Source: the human T2T-CHM13v2.0 reference genome, Homo sapiens
Reading direction: 5' to 3' (one strand)
NCBI RefSeq assembly: GCF_009914755.1
Contig: NC_060926.1
DNA length: 64,000 nucleotides
The notes beneath the pieces are model-generated. The model worked only from the letters and a program-made list of their open reading frames with translations, was not told the origin of the DNA and did not search any database. Of the stretch, positions 16,001 to 33,327 are shown piece after piece. Each line of letters begins with the position of its first letter. Positions within the stretch are counted from its first letter, which is position 1. A program made the translations under genes and the position numbers.

Positions 16001-16978
16001 CACAGTTGGCTTCACGGTTGTGCAAGCCGTGCAGTTGCACAGAAGGACTCTGTGCTTTGTTTAATACACTGTTGTTATGATCTTGAAATTCTTAATAATT
16101 TTCTCTTTGAACCTGTGTTTTATAAGCTAAGTCTGGTGGGTAATAGAGCACACAGGTGGTCAGAAGAGACACACTCAATGTGCATGCCCGTGAAACCTTG
16201 ATACCCCGTTGACATATAGCATTTGTGACACCCCCTGAGCACAGAGTTCCTTCCAGTGAACTCAAGTGTGTGGGAGTTCAGTGTGACTCAGAGTACAAAG
16301 CAAGTGGCTCCGTCTAGGACTGAGGACACAGAAGCACTGATCGTTCTAAAGCCACACTTTCTGTTCAAGTCCAAACATAAACTTCTTTTGTTTCCATAAA
16401 GAAGGCGGTAGCATTCTAAGATACACAGAGGAGCAAGGAATCCCATCATATCCATGTTATTTCCTAACTGCGTATATTGAAAATAATGAAATAGAAGAAA
16501 AGTGAAAGGTAAGGCACCCCGCAGTTTTTTTTTTTTTCTGTCATTTGTTCATCGTAAACCAAAGGTAGAGACTATTGGTAGGATGTAAGCATACCAAGAA
16601 ATAATATAAAAATAGTTGAGTTAGTTCTGAGCAGCATTTCCACCGTTCTGGTAAGAATAAAATATGCATGCATGTACAAGCTGAAAATGCAGATTATGTA
16701 ACTTTGATGATTCCACATATGAGTTAAATATGCATTTAAAAATGGCTTTGCACATTATAAACTTAAAAATTCATACTTTAATTTAATTTTTGTTTTACTT
16801 TGAATGATATTAAATAGCAAATGAAAACATCAGGACAAGTCAAGAGAGAAACCATGGAAGAAAGGAAAAAGCTTTCTATGGTAGTGCATTCATGACTCCT
16901 TTGACATTAGGTGTTGGAACAAAGGGCTCCCATATTTTTACTTTGCTCTATACCCTACAAGTTATGTAGCCAGCCTCA
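16001..16978 (+). mobile_element. MER45B-like hAT-Tip100 non-autonomous DNA transposon
   Basis: Degenerate TIRs (cacagttggcttca ... gtagccagcctc); internal cttgaaattcttaataatttt...tttgaac; ~1 kb long. Confidence 0.7.
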
Positions 16979-17891
16979 TATGTCAATGTGTGTGCCAAAC
17001 ACAATTAGAGTCAGTAACTCACTTTCATTTCTTTCCAGAAAATTAATAATGTAAGAGTTGTGAATATAGCTTTGATTCCATGTTAACTAAGTAATAAAAA
17101 GTCAAGAGAGTAATTCATTTAAAAGACTGAAAGTTGGTAGTTTTCATTTTATTTACTTGGTCTTTTTTAACCACTGGGGTGTATTCGTTTGATATCCTTC
17201 CCTGTGCCACACCCTGTAGTGTGTTTCAAAGCGCATTACAATAGGCATCAAGGTATGCTCCATCTTATCATCTTTCTTCTTGTTCTCCAGCAAGAAGCAC
17301 TGTGGGATCCTGGGAGTGAGCTGAAACACAGAGGGCTGCCTTCTTCCTTGAGCTTATTTACACCTGCTCTCTAGAAAATGCCCTTAACAGGCAGAAATCT
17401 TATTTAACACCAGAGTGGAAAGTACACAGTTCACGCCTAGCATCAACTATTATGCACCAATGATGCATTTGTGTGAACGTGCAATTTATTTGCCCCAGAT
17501 GCTGATCTCATCCAATCCCATCTTTATAACCATCCTCTGTGAATTCTTCTGGCCTGAGGGAACCCCAAACCATTGCTCCCTGAAATCTTGAATCTGCAGA
17601 TTCTTGCTTCCAGCCCAGAACTCTGTCCCAACCTCTGCCCATTCCTCATCTGAATCCTTCTAAATACCAAACCTGGCCATTGACTCAGGTGCTGAATCTC
17701 GCTTGAAACCTCTCCAGTTTTGTCCTGATGCCAAGCTGAGGTCAGTTTTGTCCCTTGGACTCTAATAAATAATCCAATTCTACAGGTCAGTCTACAGCCC
17801 AGTGGTGAATTTAGGTATTGCCTGTCTCTAAGGTGAACCACAGACAGAAATAAGGTACTAAACCAGGTGAGAGTGAAAAATAGATTAGTGC

Positions 17892-18264
<373 letters not shown>

Positions 18265-18498
18265 TTATTCAGCAAGTATTTATTGAGTGGCTTTAATGTC
18301 ATAATTTCTGGGATCATGATGAGAAGAAAAAATAAACAAAAATGTGTTCCTTATATTTGCGGGAATTGCAGTTTAACACTCTGAGACACTTAAACTGAAG
18401 ACACAAGTACGGCACGTGCCTTCGTTTTTAAAACTTTTATTTGTACTTCCATACAGGAGGAAAAGAGCAAACATTAAAAAAAAATTAAACAGAAAAAT

Positions 18499-18762
18499 TC
18501 GGGAGCTGAGGAGAGAGGATCACTTGAGGCTAGGAGTTTGAAACTGGCTTGGGCAACATGGCAAGACCGGGTCTCTACAAAAAATTAAAAATTAGCTGGG
18601 CATGGTGGTGCAAGCCTGTACTTTCTGATTCTGAAGGCTGAGGTGGGAGAAGCGTTTAAGCCCAGGGGTTTGAGGCTACAGTGAGCTGTGATCGCACTAC
18701 TGCACTCTAGCCTGGGTGACTAGAAAGAATCCATCTCTAAAAAACAAAAACAAAAATAAAAA
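18499..18762 (+). mobile_element. AluJ, 5'-truncated
   Basis: ggatcacttgaggctaggagtttga; tttgaggctacagtgagctgtgatcgc. Confidence 0.85.
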
Positions 18763-18976
18763 CTACAGGGCAGAGACACAAAGCTGATTACATTAATTTC
18801 TCCTTGGAGGACCTAGGTTATAGCAGAGAGATTTAAGAACAAATTTTAAGGAAGGATTTGCTTCATAATTCTATTCTGGGTAATGGTTGAAAAATATTGA
18901 AGAAATGAATAAGCTTTCTGTAGCATTTTAAAAAAGCCACAGTGGCATTCTTGAAGAAAAAAAAAAAACTCTCATT

Positions 18977-19070
18977 ATAGTCATTGGTTATTGTTTTTGC
19001 CCTCTCAGTATCTAAGTTCCCTCCCTATATTTGTGGAATCTCTCATTATGCAAATTTTGGTGGGATCAAT
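18977..19070 (+). mobile_element. LTR33-like ERVL LTR, 5' part
   Basis: tagtcattggttattgtttttgccctctcagtatctaagttccctccctatatttgtggaat resembles the recalled LTR33 start. Confidence 0.5.
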
Positions 19071-19252
19071 GTGAGCATTTTCGATTCCCTTGAAGAAGGC
19101 TTTTGTGCGCAGAAAAGTTATTCAGAAGACAACCTTTTAGAAAAGAATATTTAATTATTAAAACTCCAACTCCAAAAACCTATTCATCTTTAAACTTCAG
19201 ATTTAAATTTTAAGTTTTATTATTTATAAATTAAAGTTTTGGCAATAATCTC

Positions 19253-19434
19253 TAGGGGAGCTGTGGTAACTATTTGGTCTGATCTACACAATTCACCATG
19301 TTCCTTGAAACAATTTAAATTAAATTGATACATTTAGTGTTCTTGATTTTCTATTTAAATACTATTTTCTGAGTAACTGAAAAGTCTGAAATACTATGGT
19401 CACTTTTACCATCTAATGAATTAAACATAAACAT
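19253..19434 (+). repeat. Direct repeat copy 1 (~180 bp)
   Basis: Aligns by eye at ~88% to 20231-20414. Confidence 0.9.
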
Positions 19435-20230
19435 TATTAAAATAACTTCTCAGATGAATTGATTTAGAGCCCAGGTCAAAGTTTTGCTGAAAGGGAATAG
19501 GCTTTTTAAGTAATTCAAAGAGTTTGCCTTGATAGAGGCATTTTATGGGAGAAAAGTGATTAAATAAACATTTTACACTGTATTTCTAAAATTCTTGTTG
19601 GGATGACATTGCAGGACTGATTGAAGGTCCTGAGGCATTTCACAGGGCATAATGTCAGCTAGGGTATTAGGAGATGCTCTTAAGCTAATTAATGTCTAAG
19701 AAAATTGTTCAAGCATTTTATTATGTATGTTAATAATGATCTCCTAGAAGAGGCTCACAATCACATTATACCACAAAGTTCTGCCTCAGATCAAGTTTGG
19801 AACCATTCTTTTTCTTAAGATGATGAATCTTAAATTAACATCCAATATCAATAGTAAATTTCCACTTAAAATTTCAACCAAATAAATTACCCAATTGAAC
19901 AATGTTAACTTATTCTATTCTAGCAAATTATCTATGATGTTTAAAATACTTAGCATGCTAAATCACACAGAATCCTCCTTAACACAAAAATGGTAATATT
20001 ATAATTTTGACTTCTTCAAATGTTTTCATAACACATTAAATCTTTCCAGGGTTAAAAGATACTTGTGCACTAAAGGAGCACTAATGCTGCTAACTGGGCT
20101 TATTTACTAACTAGAGATTTCAGCTGAGTTTGAGGCCTGGGGCTTTAAATGCACAGGATATTTTTTCTTCCAAACGTTGCTAAGGTCTTTTTTGGAGTTA
20201 CTATGTCCAAATCTTTAAGACAATCATGTT

Positions 20231-20414
20231 TAGGGGAGGCTTTGGTAACTATTTGGTCTTATCTACATGATCCATCATGTTCCTTGAAATAATTTTAATT
20301 GAATTGATAAATTTAGTATTCTTGATTTTCTATTTAAACTACTATTTTCGGAGTAACTGAAAAGTCTCAAATACTATGGTAACTCTTACAATCTAACGAA
20401 GAAAACATAAATAT
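20231..20414 (+). repeat. Direct repeat copy 2 (~180 bp)
   Basis: Shares tggtaactatttggtct, catgttccttgaaa, ttcttgattttctatttaaa and gagtaactgaaaagtct with 19253-19434. Confidence 0.9.
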
Positions 20415-20600
20415 TTAATTATGTGAGCTCTCCTAGCCCACATTATCCATGTCCCCAAATTTAAAACTTAGAATTACCTAATTCTTCCATCTACTAGTGA
20501 AAATCTGAAAACTCCACTAAGACCATAGCTAACTTTGTTAAATGGTGTTGCATTTCTTTGGATTTTATAATTTAATAACTTTCTGCCTAGTTCTAAAGAT

Positions 20601-20693
20601 ATATTGAGATTATTTGAGATTATTTGAGATTATTGAGAATATTTGAGATTACTTGAGATTATTGAGATTATTATATCAAGATATATTGAGATC
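20601..20693. repeat. Short 9-10-bp tandem repeat (TTGAGATTAT)n
   Basis: About 8 imperfect copies. Confidence 0.9.
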
Positions 20694-20744
20694 ATTCTAG
20701 TAGATTCTTCACATCCTGAAGTAATTCTGGAATATTCTGAAGTA

Positions 20745-21053
20745 TCCACTTTGAATGTGATGGGACCTTTTCTTGAGCCAGTCTGGTGGCATCTGATGTT
20801 CACTGACAGCAGAAACAGTGATGATGGAGACCTTATGTTGTGGCAGCAGGTGTGATGGTCACCTGATGGTATCTTGTATGCAGTGTCAGTGGCTGGGCAT
20901 CCATACCAGTGTGTTCCTATGGCATGACTTTGCAGCAACCTGCCCACAAACTTCCTTCGGTTCTTGATCATTTTTCAAATCTGGTTCTGGTTTCTAATAG
21001 TTTTCCAATATAATACCTTTATGCTTAAGTATTTGCATTCAAGAACTCTGACA
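20745..21053 (+). mobile_element. LTR33-like ERVL LTR, 3' part
   Basis: actttgaat...gggacc; tttttcaaatctggttct; atgcttaagt...ttgcattcaagaactctgaca end. Confidence 0.55.
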
Positions 21054-21476
21054 TTTAAAATGTTTAAAGTAGAAAGGCTTAATGAAGTCTTGATTGATAA
21101 TAGATGGCTTTAGTGTTTAGTGATGCGATAGCAATTTGTGCCTAGGTATTTCTTTAAATCACACTCTAACTTGAGGGCCATTTTAAAGCATTTTATAGTA
21201 AATAGTAAATCTATTCTGTTGCATTGATTGAAAAATAATATGAACATGTATACAAACTAAAAGGTACAAAGCAAATTATTAAAAATGATTACCTTTATGG
21301 GATGGAATTATGGGTGAGTTTTTTTCTACTCGTCTGTATTTTTTGATTTTCCAAAACAAACATTTACTATCAAGGTAATTTTTAAAGTTTTACAGTTGTA
21401 CTTTTACAGAAAATAGTATGCCTGACGTAAATACGGCTATTGCTTCTTGATCAAAGACTTATAAATGTCAACATTA

Positions 21477-21895
<419 letters not shown>

Positions 21896-22254
21896 TTAAA
21901 ATCAGTAGCTGCAACACTAGAAAGATGGCAGATCAAGAATAAAGAAAAATCCCTTTCATTCCAGAAAATCTCCTGAAAAAGAGGGAGGCTTATCCAACCC
22001 TCAAAGTCACCCAGACAAATCAGGTACTTTTGGCAAAGAAGGAGCAGAGGAAAGGAAAAGCGCTCAGTTTTAAGTGACTGGAATTGTTCCTACATGATTC
22101 CTGGTGGCAGAAACACAACAAGGTTCCTCTCAGACAAGCACAAGTGAAACCTCATGCCCTGGAGTTGAAAGGAATAAACATTCCTTGGCCTTTGTTGTAT
22201 GCATCCAAAGGATTAGTGGCATGAATCTACTGGTGCAGAGAACCATTACAAGAT

Positions 22255-22930
22255 GTATTAGTCCGTTTTCACACTGCTATAAAGAACTTCCCTGAGACTG
22301 GAAATTTATAAGGAAAGAGGTTTAATTGACTCACAATTCCACAAGCTCAGGGAATTTGTAATCGTGAAGGAAGGTGAAGCGAAAGCAAGCACATCATACA
22401 TGGCGGCAGGTAAGAGAGAAGAGAGTGTGAAGGAGAAACTCTCAGCCACTGATAAAACCATCAGATCTTGTGAGAACTCACTATCATGAGAACAGCATGG
22501 GGGAAATTGCCCCCATGATACAACCACTTCCCTCCCTGGACACATGGGGATTACAATTAGAGATGAGATTTGGGTGGGGACACAGAGTCAAACCATATCA
22601 TTCTGGCCTTGGCCTCTCCCAAATCTCATGTCTTTTCAAATTTCAAAACCAATCATACCTTCCAAACAGTCTCCCAAAGTCTTAACTCATTTCAGCATTA
22701 ACTCAAAAGTCCACAGATCAAAGTCTCATCCCAGTCCAAGTCGCTTTGGCCTAAGAGCCTTTAAAATCAAAAGCAAGTTAGTTACTTCCTAGATACAGTG
22801 GGAGTACAGGCAGTGGGCAGCTCCCATTCCAAATGGAAGAAATTAGCCAAAAGAAAGGGGCTAAAGGCCCCATGCAAGTCCAAAATCCAGCGGTATTGTC
22901 ATTAAATCTTAAAGCTCCAAAATAATCTTC
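22255..22930 (-). mobile_element. THE1D/MSTA-like 3' LTR (22255-22600) plus truncated internal sequence
   Basis: tgtattagtccgttttcacactgctataaag...aaaccatatca, then antisense PPT and MaLR-int (cagcattaactcaaaagtccaca; aaatcttaaagctccaaaata). Confidence 0.85.
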
Positions 22931-23377
22931 CATGCAAATGGAAATCAAAAGTGAGCAGGAGTAGCTATAATCATATTAGATAAAACAAACTTTAAGTAAG
23001 AAACAGTGAAAAAATAAGAAGACAAAGAAAGTCATTATATAATAATAAAGGGTCAATTCAGCAAGAGCATATAATTCTAAATGTATATGCACCCAATACT
23101 AGAGCACCCAGATTCATAAAGCAAATATTACTAAATCTAATAAAGAGACTCCAACACAGTAATATTGAATGTCTTCTACACCGCACTCTTAGCATTAGCC
23201 AAATCATCAAAATGGAAAATCAACAAAGAAACAGTGGAATTAAACTGGCCTTTAGACCAAATGGACCTAATAGACATTTAAATAGTATTTTATTCAACAA
23301 CTACAGAATACACATTCTTCTTGTAAGCACATGGGACATTGTCCATGATTGAGCACATTAGGCCACAAAGACTTTAA

Positions 23378-23657
<280 letters not shown>

Positions 23658-23829
23658 GAAAAAGTCTTTTAAAAATTGAAATCATGGCAAGTGTCTTCTC
23701 AGGCTGCAATGGAATAAAACTAGAAATCAATACCAACAGAAACTTTGGAAACTATACAAATACATGGAAATTAAACAATATGATTCTGAATAACCATTGA
23801 GTCAGTGAAGGAATTAAGATAGATATTGA

Positions 23830-24135
23830 GGCTGAGTGCGGTGGCTCGTGCTTGTAATCCCAGCACTTTGGGAGGCAGAGGCAGGTGGATCACCTGAGGT
23901 CAGGAGTTCGAGACCACCCTGGCCAACATGGTGAAACCCTGTCTCTACTAAAAACACAAAAATTAGCTGCGCATGGTGGCACGTGCCTATAATCCCAGCT
24001 ACTCAGAAGGCTGAGGCAAGAGAATCACTTGAACTCCGGAGGTGGAGGTTTCAATGGGCTGAGATTGCACCACTGTACTCCATCCTGAATGACAGAGCAA
24101 GACTCCACCTCAAAAAACACAAACAAAAACAAAAA
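23830..24135 (+). mobile_element. AluSx-like
   Basis: cacctgaggtcaggagttcgagacc; TSD-like aagatagatattga / aacatggatatcga. Confidence 0.92.
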
Positions 24136-24292
24136 TCAAACATGGATATCGAGAATTTATTGAAACAAATTAAACTGGAAACACAATATACTAAAACTTG
24201 CGGGATTCAGCAATAGTAGTGTTAAGAGAGAACTTTTTAGCAATAAATACCTACACTGAAAAATAGAAAGATGTAAAATAAACAATCTAATT

Positions 24293-25200
24293 GGGGGGAG
24301 GAGCCAAGATGGCCGAATAGGAACAGCTCCGGTCTGCAGCTCCCAGCGTGAGCGACGCAGAAGACGGGTGATCTCTGCATTTCCATCTGAGGTACGGGGT
24401 TCATCTCACTAGGGAGTACCAGACAGTGGGCGCAGGTCAGTGGGTGGGCGCACCGTGCGCGAGCCGAAGCAGGGCGAGGCATTGCCTCACTCGGGAAGTG
24501 CAAGGGGTCAGGGAGTTCCCTTTCCGAGTCAAAGAAAGGGGTGACGGACCGCACCTGGAAAATTGGGTCACTCCCACCCGAATATTGCGCTTTTCCGATG
24601 GGCTTAAGAAACGGCGCACCACCAGATTATATCCCACACCTGGCTCGGAGGGTCCTACGCCCACGGAGTCTCGCTGATTGCTAGCACAGCAGTCTGAGAT
24701 CAAACTGCAAGGTGGCAGCGAGGCTGGGGGAGGGGCGCCCGCCATTGCCCAGGCTTGCTTAGGTAAACAAAGCAGCCAGGAAGCTCGAACTGGATGGAGC
24801 CCACCACAGCTCAAGGAGGCCTGCCTGCCTCTGTAGGCTCCACCTCTGGGGGCAGGGCACAGACAAACAAAAAGACAGCAGTAACCTCTGCAGACTTAAG
24901 TGTCCCTGTCTGACAGCTTTGAAGAGAGCAGTGGTTCTCCCAGCACGCAGCTGGAGATCTGAGAACGGGCAGACTGTCTCCTCAAGTGGGTCCCTGACCC
25001 CTGACCCCCGAGCAGCCTAACTGGGAGGCACCCCCCAGCAGGGGCACACTGACACCTCACACGGCAGGGTATTCCAACAGACCTGCAGCTGAGGGTCCTC
25101 TCTGTTAGAAGGAAAACTAACAACCAGAAAGGACATCTACACCGAAAACCCATCTGTACATCACCATCATCAAAGACCAAAAGTAGATAAAACCACAAAG
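24293..25200 (+). promoter_or_regulatory. L1 5'UTR internal sense and antisense promoter, CpG-rich
   Basis: YY1 site AAGATGGCC 24306-24314; RUNX3-site region ~24376-24395; SOX-type AACAAA at ~24766 and ~24866; the longest CpG-dense stretch of the window. Confidence 0.8.
24437..24745 (-). CDS. ORF0: L1 ORF0 (antisense), C-terminally extended to 102 aa
   Basis: MAGAPPPASLPPCSLISDCCASNQRDSVGVGPSEPG... matches known ORF0; ATG at 24745-24743. Expression not shown. Confidence 0.6.
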   Translation of the reverse strand: MAGAPPPASLPPCSLISDCCASNQRDSVGVGPSEPGVGYNLVVRRFLSPSEKRNIRVGVTQFSRCGPSPLSLTRKGNSLTPCTSRVRQCLALLRLAHGAPTH

Positions 25201-26217
25201 ATGGGGAAAAAACAGAACAGAAAAACTGGAAACTCTAAAACGCATAGCGCCTCTCCTCCTCCAAAGGAACGCAGTTCCTCACCAGCAACAGAACAAAGCT
25301 GGATGGAGAATGATTTTGACGAGCTGAGAGAAGAAAGCTTCAGACGATCAAATTACTCTGAGCTACGGGAGGACATTCAAACCAAAGGCAAAGAAGTTGA
25401 AAACTTTGAAAAAAATTAAGAAGAATGTATAACTAGAATAACCAATACAGAGAAGTGCTTAAAGGAGCTGATGGAGCTGAAAACCAAGGCTCGAGAACTA
25501 CGTGAAGAATGCAGAAGCCTCAGGAGCCGATGCGATCAACTGGAAGAAAGGGTATCAGCAATGGAAGATGAAATGAATGAAATGAAGCGAGAAGGGAAGT
25601 TTAGAGAAAAAAGAATAAAAAGAAATGAGCAAAGCCTCCAAGAAATATGGGACTATGTGAAAAGACCAAATCTATGTCTGATTGGTGTACCTGAAAGTGA
25701 TGTGGAGAATGGAACCAAGTTGGAAAACACTCTGCAGGATATTATCCAGGAGAACTTCCCCAATCTAGCAAGGCAGGCCAATGTTCAGATTCAGGAAATA
25801 CAGAGAACGCCACAAAGATACTCCTCGAGAAGAGCAACTCCAAGACACATAATTGTCAGATTCACCAAAGTTGAAATGAAGGAAAAAATGTTAAGGGCAG
25901 CCAGAGAGAAACGTCGGGTTACCCTCAAAGGAAAGCCCATCAGACTAACAGTGGATCTCTCGGCAGAAACCCTACAAGCCAGAAGAGAGTGGGGGCCAAT
26001 ATTCAACATTCTTAAAGAAAAGAATTTTCAACCCAGAATTTCATATCCAGCCAAACTAAGCTTCATAAGTGAAGGAGAAATAAAACACTTTATAGACAAG
26101 CAAATGCTGAGAGATTTTGTCACCACCAGGCCTGCCCTAAAAGAGCTCCTGAAGGAAGCGCTAAACATGGAAAGGAACAACCGGTACCAGCCGCTGCAAA
26201 ATCATGCCAAAATGTAA
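25201..26217 (+). pseudogene. ORF1: L1 ORF1p (338 codons) with a premature stop
   Basis: MGKKQNRKTGNSK...QNHAKM; in-frame TAA at 25417-25419 (TTA>TAA). Confidence 0.95.
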
Positions 26218-26280
26218 AGACCATCGAGACTAGGAAGAAACTGCATCAACTAATGAGCAAAATCACCAGCTAACATCATA

Positions 26281-30104
<3,824 letters not shown>

Positions 30105-30317
30105 ACAATGAGATCACATGGACACAGGAAGGGGAATATCACACTCTGGGGACTGTGGTGGGGTGGGGGGAGGGGGGAGGGATAGCATTGGGAGATATAC
30201 CTAATGCTGGATGACGAGTTAGTGGGTGCAGCGCACCAGCATGGCACATGTATACATATGTAACTAACCTGCACAATGTGCACATGTACCCTAAAACTTA
30301 AAGTATAATAAAAAAAA

Positions 30318-30805
30318 TACATTACAAGGCTATAATAACCAAAATAGGATGATATTGGTATTAAAAAATAAAGACACATAGGCCAATGGAACAGAACCTA
30401 GAACCCAGAAATAAATTCACATATTTTCAGACAACTGATCTTCAACAAAGCTTCCAAAAACGTATATTGAGGAAGGGACACCCTCTTCAATAAATGGTGT
30501 GGGAAAAACTGGATAACCATACACAGAAGAATGAAGTTGTACCCCTCAGATATCCCTGAGATAGAGATCTCTCACCACATACAAAGTCAATTCAAAATGG
30601 GTTACATACTTAAACATAAGACCCAAAACTATAAAATTACTAGGAAAAAAAAAGTAGAGAAAACTTTTCAGGACATTAATCTATGCAAATATTTTATGGC
30701 TAAGACTCAAGAGCAAAGGCCACCAAAACAAAAATAGATGAAAAAGCTTCTACACAGAAAAAGAAGCAATCAACAGAGTGAAGCAACAACCTCTTGAATG
30801 GAAGC
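30318..30805 (+). mobile_element. Continuation of the old host L1 ORF2
   Basis: tacattacaaggctataataaccaaaa... colinear with the young L1 from ~28905 to ~29390. Confidence 0.85.
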
Positions 30806-30809
30806 AATT

Positions 30810-31425
30810 CAAGATAACACAGAGAAGCTGAGGTACCAGCTCAGCCAGAGTGGGGAAGAGCAACAATCCGGCTCCTGGGGTCCCTAAGTCCAGGCCTAGG
30901 CTCTGGCACAGCATTTCTGTTCTTGCTCTGGGGCAGAGGGGAGTCCCCTGCCCTAAAGAGTGAGTCCCAGCCTGGGCAGTATTTACCACTAGCTTACTGT
31001 TGGGCTTTACATGATCATTCCAGTGGCCAGGCAGAATGCCACATGGGCCAGTGGCGGTGGTACCCACAGGGAGAGGCTCCTCTGCCTATAAAAAGGGAAA
31101 GGAAGAGTGAGAACATTATAGCATGCTTTTGGGTGCCAGCTTAGCTGCAGTAGAATTGAATATCAGGCAAATTTCTAAGGTTTCCGGACTCTAATTTCTG
31201 GCTCACAGACAGTGTCTCTGAACTCACTCAGGGTCTGGGATAACCAGTTGCCCTGAAAGAAAGAAGACAAACCTGACTGGCTTCACCACCTGCTGACTGC
31301 AGAGCCCTAGGGCCATAAGAGAACATAAGTTGTAGCCAGGTAGGGGTTACAGCAGGCCTTGGACAAGACCCAGTGCCGTGCTGCCTTCAGGTCTGACACA
31401 GGCAGTCACAGTGGTGATAGCAACA
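30810..31425 (+). mobile_element. Old L1 (L1PB/L1MA) 5'-region fragment with an internal repeat
   Basis: GC-richer; two related units (g(t/g)taccagctcagcc / gtgccagcttagct ... tgccct(a/g)aag) at ~30830-30990 and ~31130-31300. Confidence 0.6.
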
Positions 31426-31475
31426 GGACACCACTGTGACTGCACTGTGTCACAGTCTATGCATAGACTTTTTAC

Positions 31476-31585
31476 TATGCATGTAACAAACACTCACATG
31501 TACCCCATAAATATGTAAAATATTATGTATCCATAAAATAGAAAAAATATATATACAAAACATAAAGAAAATTCTGCAATAAAAC
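31476..31585 (+). mobile_element. L1MA3/4-like extreme 3' end and A-rich tail
   Basis: tatgcatgtaacaaacactcacatgtaccccataaatatgtaaaatattatgtatccataaaa. Confidence 0.75.
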
Positions 31586-32575
31586 TGATGATCTTTAAAA
31601 AGGAAAAAACACTTTTAAACACTTTATTTATGCAGCACTTTCCTTACATTCTCTTCCATAACTGTGTGCTCCCGACATCTGGCCTGTACCCACCCACAGC
31701 AGGAGCAGACTCTCTTTTTAAAAGCACAATCAATTATAGTGCACTTCCAATCTTTTATGCTCCGATCTCAGTCTAGCTAACTCAAAGATGATACACTAGA
31801 AAATGGTAATTAAAATTTGGAATTGGAGTCAAAGGGATTGCAAATATTAATAAGCAGACAGACTACCTACAACCCAATATAAATTCACTCTTGTGTTCGC
31901 ACAGAAGTGAAAATTAAGTAATCCGACCTCAGTAAAAGACTAAAAGCAAAACCTATTTTATTCCATAGACATGAAAGATCTATGCTTCTGATACAAAGCT
32001 ATCTTAACAGAAAAGCAAAATTGAGATAATCACAAGAGACTAGGTGTTCATCATACAAAAATTTTCATTTCAGCTTTGTGTTGCAGTGCTTAGAAGATAG
32101 ATGACTTTCCACCAGGGTGAAAAGTGCTCGCAAAAATAGATACCATGTCTCTTTCCTGACAGTATGAATGATGGGGAAACCTGGCCGTGCACAGAAGCCT
32201 AACTATTCTCTGGATACCATGGATAAAAGCAGCTTGAACTAGTACCAAAATGAGCATTACAAACACTGCAGGTGTCTCTCAAATCGAGCCCTCATTTTCC
32301 AAGCAATTAATGCTGATTTCAAGCCAATAGGACAATAACAAGGGGCTACACCTAGAAGAGCCTGCTGTTTCATACAACTGTGTTTGCTAAAACAGTTCAG
32401 CCACAAATCCTGAACAAGAGATCTCCTGCGGAGTGTGAGCAGCATGGAGGAGCCATAATCCCGCTATCTCTGTGAGTCTGGGGGTCAAATAGTGACAATT
32501 ACTCATTCTGGTAATTAACTCCTGCCTCCTGGGAAAGAACAGGGTTCTCTTCTACTTCAGACTTTCTCTTCAGAC

Positions 32576-32578
<3 letters not shown>

Positions 32579-32623
<45 letters not shown>
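32579..32623. repeat. (AC)~22 microsatellite
   Basis: Perfect dinucleotide run. Confidence 0.97.
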
Positions 32624-32624
<1 letters not shown>

Positions 32625-32783
32625 CATTGATAATAAATATTACCAAAAACCACTAAAAGAGAAAGCAAACTTACAACAAGAGCAGCCCAGTCACAACCAA
32701 CATCAGGTATATTATAACAAGAAGAATGAGGATAAATCAGATAGATCTGTTATTATGGTTTATAACAGGAAGTATATATTTTA

Positions 32784-33327
<544 letters not shown>

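Noticed and set aside
19253-20414. The direct repeats as LTRs of a mini-retroelement
   Set aside because: No TG...CA termini, primer-binding site, polypurine tract or TSD seen; kept only as an unexplained duplication.
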